The notes under the pieces were generated by a model. It had not been told where the DNA came from. It did not search any database and worked only from the letters and a program-made list of their open reading frames with translations. The position numbers were made by a program, and so were the translations under genes. A stretch of DNA of 64,000 nucleotides from Octopus vulgaris (taxonomy: Eukaryota), in assembly GCA_951406725.2 (NCBI GenBank), contig OX597838.1, forward strand, positions 18,042,001 through 18,106,000, read 5' to 3'. Positions 1 to 14,101 of the stretch are shown piece after piece. Each line of letters starts with the position of its first letter. Within the stretch, counting starts at the first letter, position 1.

Positions 1-232
1 ACCATCACCGCCATCACCGCCATCGCCACCACCACCACCACCGCCACCACCATCACCATCACCGCCACCACCACCACCATCACCGCCACCACCACCACCA
101 CCACCACCATCACCATCGCCGCCACCACCGCCGCCACCACCACCGCCATCACCATCGCCGCCACCACTATTGCCGTCACTTCTTCAACAGAAGTTTCGCA
201 ATAGCGCAGCACACAGCACACACGCACACACA

Positions 233-299
<67 letters not shown>

Positions 300-790
300 C
301 CCAAACAATCGCACAACACCTTTACTTATCTTACATACGTATAAGCCATACACGCGCTACGTCACGAGAATACCACCGACACCGCTACCACACCACCACC
401 ACCACCACCACCACCACCACCACCACCACCACACCACCACCCACACCACCACCACCACCACCACCACCACCACCACAGCGACGAATTCAACTTCCAAGCC
501 ACCACCATCAACATCACATCAACTCCATCACGAACACACCGACACCAACAACACACCACCACCACCACACGACCGCCCAACACTGCAACACAAACCCCCA
601 TGCCACCACCAACACCATCACCATCACCAACAAACACCACATCAACTCCATCACAAACACACCGACAACCAACAACACACCAGCGCCGCCACCACCACCA
701 CAACTACTACCACCACCACCACACGACCGCACAACACTGCAACACAAACCCCCATGCCACCACCACCACCACCACCACCATCATCATCAG
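1..790. repeat. Compound (ACC)n/(CA)n low-complexity tract
   Basis: Degenerate ACC/GCC/ATC triplets, a (CA)n run at about 225-297 and an internal ~120-bp duplication (510-640 vs 635-760). Confidence 0.9.
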
Positions 791-796
791 GATATA

Positions 797-846
797 CCTA
801 TTTCTTTACTACCCATTAGGGGGGCTAAGCTAAACACAGCAGAGAG
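797..846 (-). mobile_element. SINE family A, 3' tail fragment
   Basis: Reverse complement of ...TGTGTTTAGC..CCCC..GGGTAGTAAAGAAATA, the tail of the family A SINEs listed below. Confidence 0.65.
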
Positions 847-1149
847 ATCAGGGTAGGGTATACCGCCAGACAACCCCTAGCACCAAAAATCACTGTCACA
901 ATCACCACCACCACCACCACCACCGCCGCCGTTGCAGCCGCTGCAGCCGCTGCCTCAGCCGTCGCCGTCGCCACAGCTAAACAACAAGAGGACCATCGAC
1001 AGTCTTGTTGCAGCTACTCGTTGAGGGTGGTCACATTCAGTAAAGTTTCCTCTCTGGATTTTAATGAGAACCAGAGACAAACAACAGCCGAACGGTTTAT
1101 AAACAAACGGCAGAACTGCTCCTACGTTAACACAGTAGCAGCAGAAAGG

Positions 1150-1177
1150 GCTGCTGTTGCTTCTGCTGCTGCTGCTG

Positions 1178-1254
<77 letters not shown>

Positions 1255-1256
1255 AC
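1150..1256. repeat. (CTG)n-(CTA)n-(CTG)n triplet repeat just upstream of the GTPase ATG
   Basis: Seen directly; lies in the probable 5' UTR or an upstream intron. Confidence 0.9.
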
Positions 1257-1311
1257 TTGTCGAGGGAGCAGGCTGGACCTTTTTACAGCTGATGAACCTC
1301 CACGTCCCAAC

Positions 1312-1387
1312 ATGACCTCAGGCACCCGTGGTAAACATCCCGACTCCAGATTTGCTGTACTCGGAAAACCTGGAGTGGGCAAATCCG
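1312..1387 (+). CDS. First coding exon of a Ras-superfamily small GTPase (RERG/RASL11/RASL12-like)
   Basis: ATG at 1312 reads MTSGTRGKHPDSRFAVLGKPGVGKS: a hydrophobic beta1 strand plus P-loop GxxGxGKS. It is followed by G|GTAAGT, a phase-1 donor at 1388, matching the intron position I recall for RERG/RASL genes. Possible upstream acceptor TTTTACAG at 1281-1288. No downstream exon found. Confidence 0.75.
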
Positions 1388-1399
1388 GTAAGTGGTATA

Positions 1400-3240
<1,841 letters not shown>

Positions 3241-3299
3241 CGCACGAGCGCGCGTACAGCTATACAAGACAAGGTATGAATAATGGTCGTTACATATTG

Positions 3300-3592
3300 T
3301 AGGAGATTTAGCTTACAGCTGTTTCCAGAAGTCATTATAGATTGATAGGTTTATGTACAAATATATGTATGTATTCAAAATGTGACCGCGTGTGTACCGC
3401 TGGCGATTTTTTTCCCTCTGTCTTCCCTTCTCTGGATCTTTCCTTCTCCTATGTTTCCGACGAAGAGCTCCGCTCGAAACGTTTAACCCTCCTTCTTTCC
3501 TTCTTTCCTGAGCGTCCAATAATACTATATTTGTTCCACGTCCTCGCGTTGTTGTGTTTTCTCTTTGTGTTTTCATGTTTGGATTAACTTTA
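3300..3592 (+). mobile_element. Penelope-like pLTR-type repeat fragment with hammerhead-like motif
   Basis: CCGACGA-A-GAGC-TCC-GCTC-GAAACGTT at 3457-3483. Downstream sequence (CCTGAGCGTC..AATA..) is shared with 15425-15510 and 28400-28485. Flanked by microsatellites. Confidence 0.5.
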
Positions 3593-3594
3593 TA

Positions 3595-3744
3595 CGTATG
3601 TATGTATGTATGTATGTATGTATGTATGTATGTATGTATGTATGTATGTGTGTATGTATGTATGTGTGTATGTATGTATGTATGTATGTATGTATGTATG
3701 TGTGTGTATGTATGTATGTATGTATGTATGTATGTATGTATGTA

Positions 3745-3779
<35 letters not shown>

Positions 3780-3970
3780 ATGTATGTGTGTGTGTATGTA
3801 TGTATGTATGTATGTATGTATGTGTGTGTATGTGTATGTATGTGTATGTATGTATGTATGTATGTATGTATGTATGTATGTATGTATGTATGTATGTGTG
3901 TATGTATGTATGTGTGTATGTATGTGTCTGTATGTATGTGTGTGTGTATGTATGTATGTATGTATGTGTA
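3595..3970. repeat. (TATG)n/(TG)n microsatellite
   Basis: Seen directly. Confidence 0.95.
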
Positions 3971-5059
3971 CTGTAAATGGAAGCACAGTGGGGGGTGGAG
4001 GTTGGGACGTCATAGAAATTTACGGGGAAAACGAGAACTCGATCAAATCCCTTCATCAATCGATGACCAGATAACATCACAATTTCAACACCTTTCAGCA
4101 AGTTTACTCCACCGATCTGACGGAGTCCATCATATGGAAAGTGTACGGGTATAGACGAGCAAATATATATATACATACATACTCATATAAGTGTATGTGT
4201 GTGTGTGTGTGTGTATGCATGTTCCTTTGCGTGCTTATGTGTATATATGTGTATGCATATATGTATATGCATATACACACGCACGTTTATATTTGTAGAC
4301 ACATATACATATACATACAACGCGCACACTCACACATTAACCATGTTGTTAAGATGTTCAGTATATTTATGTGGCATACCTACACAAGTGTACCCCCAAC
4401 TTTGCTCCCTCATAACTTCCAGAAAAATGTCTATTTTTTAAAAATTCCTTGTCTGCAAGTTATGAGGTAACAAAATCGAGAAGGAGTACACTTCTGTAGG
4501 TTTGCCTATACATATATAAATGAGTATACTTACATACATACATACATACATACGATATAGTGCATTTTTATACACATAAGGGATCCACTTTACGTGACAT
4601 TCAACACATTAGAAAGAACAGCTAGGTTCTGTAAACCACAAAAATTACGGATAAAATTCGACAGGAATAAATTTGGAAATGAAAAACATTTATATATATA
4701 TATATATATATTTCAATATTTCAATAATGGGGGAGATAAATTAATATTAATTTTAATATCAATTTAAGCCCTGTCAATATATATATACACATATATATAT
4801 ATATATTCGAAATCTAGGTATAACCGCAAAAAATAACAAGATAAAAGTTTTTATTTTTCATTCTTTTCGAAATTGCTCTTAAATGTGGTTTTGGTCGTTT
4901 TGACTGCTTCTTCAAGCGTGTAAAATGACCTGTTAGAAGTAGTTTAAACGTACCCTATTTATATTGAGAATATGTTGTCTATTGACTTTTTATATACATG
5001 CTAGTCCACTGGTATTGAAATTTCTATAAATATTCGCCACCCTATATATTTTACGTATA

Positions 5060-5445
5060 CTCTTTTACTCTTTTACTCTTTTACTTGTTTCAGTCATTTG
5101 ACTGCGGCCATGCCGGAGCACCGCCTTTAGTCGAGCAACTCGACCCCGGGACTTATTCTTTTGTAAGCCCAGTACTTATTCTATCGGTCTCTTTTGCCGA
5201 CCCGCTAAGTAACGGGGACATAACCACACCAGCATCGGTTGTCAAGCAATGCTAGGGGGACAAACACAGACACACAAACACACACATGCACACATATATA
5301 TATATATACATATATACGACAGGCTTCTCACAAGGCATTGGTCGGCCCGAGGCTATAGCAGAAGACACTTGCCCAAGATGCCACGCAGTGGGACTGAACC
5401 CGGAACCGTGTGGTTGGTTAGCAAGCTACTTACCACACAGCCACT
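5060..5445 (-). mobile_element. SINE family B (tRNA-like head, CORE-like body, CR1-type tail)
   Basis: Head GTGGCTGTGTGGTAAG...GGGTTCAGTCCC (pol III A/B-box-like), CORE-like CTTGGGCAAGT, tail GGTGCTCCAGCATGGCCGCAGTCAAATGACTGAAACAA(GTAAAAGA)n. Confidence 0.85.
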
Positions 5446-6026
5446 GTATAGGTAAAAAAATTAAGGCGTACGTGCGTTACATAGATAATATTCTTAGGAT
5501 TAAATAAAAGGACAACAAACGGGAAAATCTGACATGTATATATATATAATTAAAAAAAAACGTGTACTTAATAAATAAACGAACATGTACGTTTTTTGAA
5601 TCCTATATATATATATATATATATATGTTTGTATGTATAGATAGATAGATAGATATATCATGTGTACATTAGTTACGCGTGCACATGAACGGCAGCTACT
5701 TAGTGGAGTCGCTAATGTATTGGGTAAGTTACTTTGAGGTAGTATTCCCGGCTCTCTTCGCTTTGAGCTTCAATTCCTCTTGAGACCAACTTCACCTTTC
5801 ATCCTTTCGTGGTCGGTAAAATATCTACCCTTTACTGGGCTCCATTTCCCTCTCTCTCTCTCTCTCTCTCTTAGTACTACACAGTCTGTACCTCTTCCAA
5901 GCGGTAGGTGGCGGGGTAGACTCTGCCAGGTCTAATAATGCACAGGAGACAGTTTATATAGTAATTATGTGCCTAAGATTGCATTAAGGAACTGAGAGCC
6001 CGTAGCATACCTCATGTATGTATATA

Positions 6027-6566
6027 TAGAGTTTATTGAGCGGTTAAACATTTTCAGTATGCAAATTAGGAACCCCAGCATAGAATTAACTGCTGTATTT
6101 GTTGAGTATATATAGAGTTTATAGAGTGGTTAAAAATTTTCGGTATGCAAATTTTTAAACGATCTATAAACTGAACAAATAGAGCAGTTAATTTTATACT
6201 GGAGTACCTAATTTGCATACCGAAAACTTTTAACAGCTCTATAAACTCTATATATACTCAACAAATACAGCAGTTAATTCTATGCTGGAATCCCTAATTT
6301 GCATACTGAAAATTTTTAACCGCTCTATAAACTCAACAAATAGAGCAGTTATGCTGGAGTCCCTAATTTGCATACCAACAATTTTTTACCACTCTATAAA
6401 CTCAACAAATAGAGCAATTAATTTTATACTGGAGTCCTTAATTTGCATACCGAAAACTTTTAACTGCTCTATAAACTCTATATATACTCAACAAATACAG
6501 CAGTTAATTCTATGCTGGAGTCCCTAATTTGCATACCGAAAAGTTTTAACCGCTCTATAAACTCTA
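6027..6566. mobile_element. Foldback/MITE-like element built from ~70-86 bp subunits, with long terminal inverted repeats
   Basis: Starts TAGAGTTTATTGAGCGGTTAAA and ends TTTAACCGCTCTATAAACTCTA. About 125 bp on the left is the reverse complement of the right-hand tandem units. Seven ATGCAAAT octamers. Confidence 0.65.
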
Positions 6567-6582
6567 CACACACACACACACA

Positions 6583-6636
<54 letters not shown>

Positions 6637-6796
6637 TATACATGATTGATTATTAGCCGAGCTTGTCATATGAGTGACAGGAAGGGATAGATTTTCGTGG
6701 CAAGGTACCTGTTATACTTGGCTAAGATGCAATTGACAAGTGCTTTGGGTCGAATCTCACCGCCCCTCCTGACATTCCCGCTGAATTCCCAGTTTA

Positions 6797-6843
<47 letters not shown>

Positions 6844-6847
6844 ACAT

Positions 6848-7255
6848 AGGCGCAGAAGTGGCTGTGTGGTCGGTAGCTTGCTTACCAACTACATAGTTCA
6901 GTCCCACTGCGTGGCACCTTGGGCAAGTATCTTCTACTATAGCCTCGGCCCGACCAAAGCCTTGTGAGTGGATTTGGTAGACGGGAAACTGAAAGAAGCC
7001 CGTCGTATATATGTATGTATGTATGTATATATGTATTTGTGTATATGTTTGGGTGTCTGCGATTGTCTCCCAACATTGCTTGACAGCCGATGCTGGTGTG
7101 TTTACGTCCCCGTAACTTAGTGGGTCGCAAAAGAGACCGATAGAATAAATACTAGGCTTACAAAAAGTATGTCCTGGGGTCGATTTCTTCGACTAAAGGC
7201 GGTGCTCCAGCATGGTCGCAGTCTAATGACTGAAACAAGTAAAAGAGTAAAAGAG
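6848..7255 (+). mobile_element. SINE family B
   Basis: Full-length match to the other family B copies, including the (GTAAAAGA)n tail. Confidence 0.85.
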
Positions 7256-7645
7256 TATATATATGTATACACACATACACACACACACACATATATATAT
7301 ATATACACACACACAAAAAAAATATTTTTTTTATAATTATAAACATAATTAAGGGATTAGCATATATATATAATATGTGTATATGTATATATATTATATA
7401 TATAATATATATATGTATATATATATATATCGGTAATAATATAGGGTGAAATTAATTAATTTGGAATAATCATTAATTTCACCAAGTAGATTTCGGCATG
7501 TAAAAGCCCCATTCGAGGAAGGTTTAAGTAATACTAAGTAATTAAGGGTTTAGCAACGATTTGCCTCACCACACACCGAGTTTAGAAATAGCAGTCAAAG
7601 AGTTCTGGCTATTCTTTCTACTTAAAAGGGAGATCTCAGTAAAAC

Positions 7646-7712
<67 letters not shown>

Positions 7713-7747
7713 TATATATAAATATATATATATATTTTATATATAAT

Positions 7748-7780
<33 letters not shown>

Positions 7781-8384
7781 TATGTGACTCAGTGACGGAG
7801 TCGGAGAAAGGCGGAAGTACAAACATCTAAATAGTTTTGAAAGTTTGGCAATAGAAAGAAAGACGGAAGAAATTTTTTTTTTCGGGGTGGAGTGGAAGAC
7901 AACACGGGTAGCAGCAGCAGCATCCGCAGCAGCAGCAGCACCGGTGGTGGTGGTGGCGGCGGCGGCGGCGGTAGCAGCAACAGCAGCAGAAAGAAGAAGA
8001 AGCAAGAAAGACAACGGGGTATAGACGGGGGGGTGGGGCAAGGGTAGGACGTGGGGGAGGAGGAGGAGGAGGAGGAGGGGTGGGTTGTTTCTTTTGCCGG
8101 AGTTTCTCAAGAATGTCAGCCTGGTTCTGGGGGAATACTACTACTTTCACTTCACTGAGAGAAAAAGTATGGGGAAGGGCGGTGGTGGTGGTGGTAGTGG
8201 TAGTGATGGCAGGGGGTGACGCCGACGGTGGCTGCAGCGGAAGGGGGGAGGGGGGTTAGGGTGAAGGGAGAGTAGAGGGGAAGCACCCCAGTACCACATG
8301 CCGCACACATATATAAATAGAGAACGCGCGCGCGTGTGTGTATATACATATCTATTTTTATATCTGCACATGTACACATACACA

Positions 8385-8422
<38 letters not shown>

Positions 8423-8447
8423 TACATACAGACACACACATATTCAT

Positions 8448-8635
8448 ACTCTTTTACTCGTTTACTTGCTTCAGTCATTTGACTGCGGCCATGCTGGAGC
8501 ATCGAGTTTAGTTGAGCAAATCGACCCCAGGACTTGTTCTTTGTAAGCCTAGTACTTATTCTATCGGTTCTCTTCTGCCGAACTGCTAGGTTGCGTAAAC
8601 ACACCAGTATCGGTTGTCAAGTGATGTTGGGGGCA

Positions 8636-8707
<72 letters not shown>

Positions 8708-8792
8708 TATACATATATACGACGGGCTTCTTTCAGTTTCCATCTACCAAATCCACTCACATGTGGTTGATAAGCAAGCTACTTACCACACG
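8448..8792 (-). mobile_element. SINE family B (internally deleted)
   Basis: Family B tail and body with an expanded internal (CA)n. Confidence 0.8.
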
Positions 8793-8802
8793 GTCATATG
8801 TA

Positions 8803-8850
<48 letters not shown>

Positions 8851-8853
<3 letters not shown>

Positions 8854-9260
8854 CGCAGGAGTGGCTGTGTGGTAAGTAGCTTGCTAACCAACAACATGGT
8901 TCCGAGTTCTGTCCAACTGCGTGGCATCTTGGACAAGTGTCTTCTGCTATAGCCCCGGGCCGACCAATGTGAGTGGATTTGGTAGACGGAAACTGAAAGA
9001 AGTCTGTCGTATATATGTATATATATATGTATGTGTGTGTATGTTTGTGTGTCTGTGTTTGGCCCCCTAGCATTGTTTGACAACCGATGCTGGTGTACTT
9101 ATGTCCCCGTCACTTAGCGGTTCGGCAAAAGAGACCGATAGAATAAGTACTGGGCTTACAAAGAATAAGTCCCGGGGTCGATTTGCTCGACTAAAGGCGG
9201 TGCTCCTGCATGGCCGCAGTCAAATGACTGAAACAAGTAAAAGAGTAAAGAGTAAAAGAG
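8851..9260 (+). mobile_element. SINE family B
   Basis: Full-length; head-to-head with the 8448-8792 copy across a (TA)n tract. Confidence 0.85.
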
Positions 9261-9274
9261 TATATATATAAATA

Positions 9275-10554
9275 TATGGTGTCCCATGTTTAAAACTCTT
9301 CCTAAAGAATATCGGTTCAGGTAATATTATCTCCGTTTTATACAATGATTTGCATATATGTCTTTTATTCGTGTATCTATTCTTTCGTTCGTCTACAACA
9401 GGTTTGTATACAAATATGGCATCGAAAGCAAAACCTGACCGGACTGTCGCTTTGAAAACAGCTGGAGTGAGCAACGTGATAAAACATTTGAATGTGTGCC
9501 GTAAAACAGTGTCCAATACCTGGAAACGGTATATGGTGTCCGCTACTGGCTCTAGAAAGTTAATTCATGGTAGGAAATGATCAATTCGTACCAAGCAAAC
9601 TGTTGAAGCTGTGAATATAGCGAATGAACTGAAATCTCCATAGGAGTGTCAAAAATGCTCTTGATATTTCGAAATTGTCAATGTACAACGGTTTTTAAAG
9701 CCGATTTAAAGCTAACTGCATTTTAAAGCTAACTGCATACAAGAAATAATCCCGGCAGTTAATTTGAGCAGCTTCCAAGAAGAAACGACACGGCAGGAGT
9801 AAAACCACGTTAGCAGAGATGAAGTGCGCCGCTAATAAAGTGTTGGTCTTGTCCGACGAGAAGATCTTCAGCCTGGAGGCAGAATAACAGGCTTTGTTTG
9901 TGCACGTAATGCAGGAGACTTGCCCGAAGGCTGCAGGTGTTATTTACACCGTCAGATGCCAGCTTCACTCGTGGTATGGACCGCATCTGCATCTGACGGA
10001 TCTAAGTCTCCCTTGATCTTCATCGATGCTCGCGTGAGGTCAACAGTGAAGTTTATGCGGATTTGTTGAATGAGAAAGTGTTACCTTGGGTCACAGAAAT
10101 CTTTGGCGACCGTTGCATCTTCACTCAAGACGGAGCTCCCGCACACATATCCAATTTGACACAGAGGTGGTACAAAGAGCATTTAAGCGGTTTTGGGGAC
10201 AAGACGATATGGTCTCCCTCAAGTGCAGACATCAATCCCACGGACATTACTATCTGGTCCATCTTGGAGAGTAATGTTTCTGCTCGCTCCTGTTCAAATG
10301 TGTCAGATCTGAAGAACGCCCTTTCGTCTTCATGGATCAAGTTGAATGAAGAAGTAAGACGGCGCTCATGCAACTTAGTGACCGTTCGCTTGCAGGCTGT
10401 GGTCAAGGCGAAAGGTGGTCGATTAAAAATGTAATTGCTGCAAAGGATTCACAATTTACATCAGAGCGTTTGTGCCAAATTTCATTATTCTACCGTAAGT
10501 TTATTTTGAATAATTAAGAAATATCAATGGGTAAATCTTTCTTGGGATACCCTG
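9275..10554 (+). mobile_element. Decayed Tc1/mariner-superfamily transposon, maT (DD37D) type
   Basis: Broken transposase from ATG 9416 to 10434 with LSDEKIF and QDGAPAH...SADINPTD (37 residues between the 2nd and 3rd D). Degenerate TIRs: TA-TATGGTGTCCCA on the left, TGGGATACCCTG-TA on the right. Confidence 0.85.
9416..10434 (+). pseudogene. maT DD37D transposase pseudogene
   Basis: ORF 10063-10434 carries the C-terminal catalytic region; the upstream part has stops and frameshifts. Confidence 0.8.
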
Positions 10555-10577
10555 TAAATATATATATATATATATAT

Positions 10578-10631
10578 CTTTTTGTAAAAAGTTTTAGACG
10601 TGAATAAATCTCCATTCTTCTCTACGTTTTC

Positions 10632-10673
<42 letters not shown>

Positions 10674-10724
10674 GCATATTTATATACACGCATACGTAAG
10701 TATATATATGTATGAACAAGCACA

Positions 10725-10793
<69 letters not shown>

Positions 10794-10845
10794 TTTAGTA
10801 AAAAGTTATAGACGTGAATAAATCTCCATTCTTCCTTACGTTTTC

Positions 10846-10889
<44 letters not shown>

Positions 10890-10946
10890 GCACACATACA
10901 TATATATACACACATACGTAAGTATATATATGTATGAACAAGCACA

Positions 10947-10980
<34 letters not shown>
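10578..10980. repeat. Local ~220-bp tandem duplication including (TA)n
   Basis: GTAAAAAGTT.TAGACGTGAATAAATCTCCATTCTT occurs at about 10584 and 10798, with matching downstream sequence. Confidence 0.85.
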
Positions 10981-11217
10981 CGTGTGCGTGTGTGTATTTG
11001 TATGTGTGTGTACGTGCCAATATGTATGTATAACTGTGTATATGCTTGTGTCTCTATACAAACACATATATTACTGCACATTATATTTGATTTGTATTGT
11101 GCATCTCTCTGCATCGTTATCTAAGAACGTAACGTGGAATTCCGTAACGCAAACAGGTGTCCCTAACGCCGGCTATACGTATGTATGTATGTATGTATGT
11201 ATGTATGTATGTATGTT

Positions 11218-11447
11218 AAGGCGGCGAGCTAGCAGAATCGTTAGCACGTCGGGCGAAATGCTTAGCGGTATTTCGGCTGCCGTTACGTTGTGAGTTCGAA
11301 TTCCGCCGAGGTCGACTTTGCCTTTCATCCCTTTGGGGACGATAAATTAAGTACCAGTTAAGCACTGGGGTCGATATAATCGACTTAATACCTATGTCTG
11401 TCCATGTTTGTCTCCTCTATGGTTAGCCCCTTGTGGGTAATAAAGAA

Positions 11448-11450
<3 letters not shown>
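11218..11450 (+). mobile_element. SINE family A (tRNA-like head, conserved central domain, Tx1-like tail)
   Basis: AGGCGGCGAGCT(G/A)GCAGAA head, B-box GAGTTCRAATTCC, central GACTTTGCCTTTCATCC..GGG..CGATAAATTAAGTACCAG, tail CCCCTTGTGGGTAATAAAGAAATA. Confidence 0.85.
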
Positions 11451-11478
<28 letters not shown>

Positions 11479-11642
11479 TGTATGTATGTATGTATGTATG
11501 TATGTATGTATGTATGTATGTATGTATACATAGCTATGAATATATACATGCATGCCTACATATATGTAGATTTGTGTATGTTCCTGTATATGCGTGTGAG
11601 TGCGTGTAGCGTGTAGCTGTGTATGTATGTGCGTGTGCGTGT

Positions 11643-11694
<52 letters not shown>

Positions 11695-11784
11695 CAGTGT
11701 GAAAACTGAACGGAGGGACAACTGCGGGAAATAGCGATGAAGGAGAGGAAGCAACAGTGTCATTTCGCTCTGGTAGCTTGAACT

Positions 11785-13130
11785 AGTATTTTAGAATGTA
11801 TTTCCGCTTGTGTAAATAAAGTGTGAACGTTTCCGACTTGGCATTTAGTTGTGCTCCAAGCACGAGGCAGCCTTTAAGAATACACATACACCGCATTCTC
11901 TGTTGCTGTTTGAGTAAGGTTTCCATTTCTCGAACACCTTCAATCTCAACCTGTGGCCTTCTTTAGATGCCATACGATCTTAGCCACTGTAGTGATATTC
12001 CACATCTCGAAGTTCTAGAAGCTTGTGATGTGGTCTTGTAGACCTCTTGAAGGGGCTCTCCGTCATTCCGATATAGTGATGTATGCCGCATGCTTCGTTC
12101 GTGCCTTCAGCTCTTATTCCAGTTTTACACACTGGCTTTTATTTTGCAGTGGCTTTTGGGCCGCAAGTCGTGTTATCTCTACAAGAACAACTAATCTCAA
12201 TTGCAAGAATTAGCTAGCACGAAAAGCTATTCTTCATGTTAAGCCCGCAAATGACCTTAATAATAAGCATTTTGTACCTGTGTGTCAGAGCAAAATGTTT
12301 ATCAACTAACTTAAGGAAAGCCTTAATCTTAAGGGAAAAACTGGATGTGAACCAGATCACATTGTGGCGACGATGTCAGTTTTGGCGGGTTAGGGTTGGG
12401 ACTGGAAATGATGTTCTTAAACCAGCCTGCCGCTAGGACGTTGTTGTAATACGGGAATGCCTTATCGAAAATCTTACGAGAGGACCAATCTTGAGATCCT
12501 ATTGCTCACTCCTTTAACCAAGGTCTTAAATACCGAGACTGAGTGGTAAGACCTGGTATTAATGTAGGCGTGCTTCTCATAGAACTCGTGGCAATGTTTG
12601 TACGGCAGTGTTTGTAGTTAATAAATCTAGTGTCACATTCAGAAAGTGAACTACGATCCGATGGATTTTTATTGCCATATTAAGTCGAAGGGACTTAAAC
12701 TCCCCGCTTTTCCTTTGTTTATCTAAGGCGTGTCTGTTGGCACCTTTAGATAAAACCAATGCTTCATCTCTGTACGAACCAAATACGATCGACGAGAACT
12801 TCTTATACAGGGCGTCCATAAAATTGAACCCAATGAGGCCACAGATGTCGTCAGTCAAACGGTTCAGTTCCCTCACAAACGGTTCAGTTCCCTCATCAAT
12901 CGTTTGACCCAGAGTGAACCCTTACCAAAAAGTAAAAACTTCCTGGCGTGCAAAACAGCTGTTTCTAGATCAGAAATATCAGTGAAATTTCTAAAGAAAT
13001 CTACTGCAAATCGATAGATAAAGAACCACAATGTCAGAATAAATGTGGCCCTGACTTCCTCACCGATGCTACTGAACATGAAATTACTTCCTGGATGCCA
13101 TACCAGAGAATGTAGTTAAAAGCTTTCATC
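11785..13130 (-). mobile_element. Decayed Penelope-like retroelement (RT plus GIY-YIG endonuclease)
   Basis: Minus-strand peptides HARKFLLFGKGSLWVKR, ICGLIG..GSYRDEAL (YRDD-like), VHFLNVTLDL, YIGMTESPFKR, KPYSNSNRECGVC..LNAKSE..HKRKYIL*. Confidence 0.8.
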
Positions 13131-13140
13131 ATATTGTAAT

Positions 13141-13361
13141 TAATATTGGTTTCAAATTTTGGCAGAGGCCAAAAATTTCGAGGGAGGGCGTAAGTCGATT
13201 ATATCGACGCCAGTGCTCTACTGGTACTAATTTTGTCGCCCACGAAAGAGATGAAAGGCAAAGTCCACCTCAGCGGAATTTGAACTCAGAACGTAAGGAC
13301 GGACGAAATGGCGCTAAGCATTTTTGCCGGCGTGCTAACAATTCTGCCAGCTTGCCGCCTA
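13141..13361 (-). mobile_element. SINE family A variant (alternative 3' end)
   Basis: Family A head and central domain; 3' part ...GGCCTCTGCCAAAATTTGAAACCAATATT. Confidence 0.75.
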
Positions 13362-13388
13362 AAAACTGTTTTTAATATCCCTAAGTAT

Positions 13389-13608
13389 TAAGGCAGTGAG
13401 CTGGCAGAATCGTTAGCATGCCGGAGAAAATGCTTAGCGTCATTTCGTTCGTTTCCACGTTCTGAGTTCAAATTCCGTCGAGATCGACTTTGCCTTTTAT
13501 CCTTTCGGGGTTGATAAATTAAGCCACTAACTGAACACTGGGGTCGATGAAATCAACCTATCCCCTTTCTCGGAATTACTGGTCGTATGCCAAAATTTGA
13601 AATCAGTA
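13389..13608 (+). mobile_element. SINE family A variant
   Basis: Family A head and domain, with the same alternative 3' end. Flanked by a TAT.CCTAAGTATT repeat (possible TSD). Confidence 0.75.
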
Positions 13609-13621
13609 TTCCTAAGTATTC

Positions 13622-14101
13622 AAGGCGGCGAGCTAGGAGAACCTTTTATGTTGCAGGGCAAAGTGCTTAATAGTACTCATCCGTTTTCACGTTCTAAGTT
13701 CAAATCCCGCTGAGGTCGATTTCGCCTTTCGTCCTTTCGGGGCCGATAAAATAAGAACCAGCTGAATACTGTAGTGCAGTGGTTTTCAACCAGGCTTCCG
13801 CGGAACCTTAGGGTTCCGCCAGTACAGTCGAGGGGTTCCGCAAGAAGTTTTAACAAATGCTAAAATCGACAGTAATTTTTAATTCTTCTGTGCAGATATG
13901 TGTGCATAAGACAATTAAATTATTGCACAGGGGTTCCTCGAGCCAGTGGAATGTTTCGTTGGGGTTCCGCTTCAGCAAAAAGTTTGAAAAGCACTGCTGT
14001 AGTGTATGTAATCGATTTGCCTCCTCCTCCGAACTTGCAGGCCTTGTACCAGTCGTGTTTGTACCCTCTATGTTTAACCCCTTGTGGGCAAAAAAAGAAA
14101 T
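13622..14101 (+). mobile_element. SINE family A interrupted by a hAT MITE
   Basis: Head and domain at 13622-13776; resumes at 14005 (TATGTAATCGA) and ends CCCCTTGTGGGCAAAAAAAGAAATA. Confidence 0.75.
13777..13996 (+). mobile_element. hAT (Charlie-like) MITE, 220 bp
   Basis: TIRs CAGTGGTTTTCAAC / GTTTGAAAAGCACTG; 8-bp TSD CTGTAGTG on both sides. Confidence 0.9.

Noticed and set aside
170-856. 228-aa His/Thr/Pro-rich ORF
   Set aside because: Translation of (CA)n and (ACC)n microsatellites running into a SINE tail; non-ATG start and no domain.
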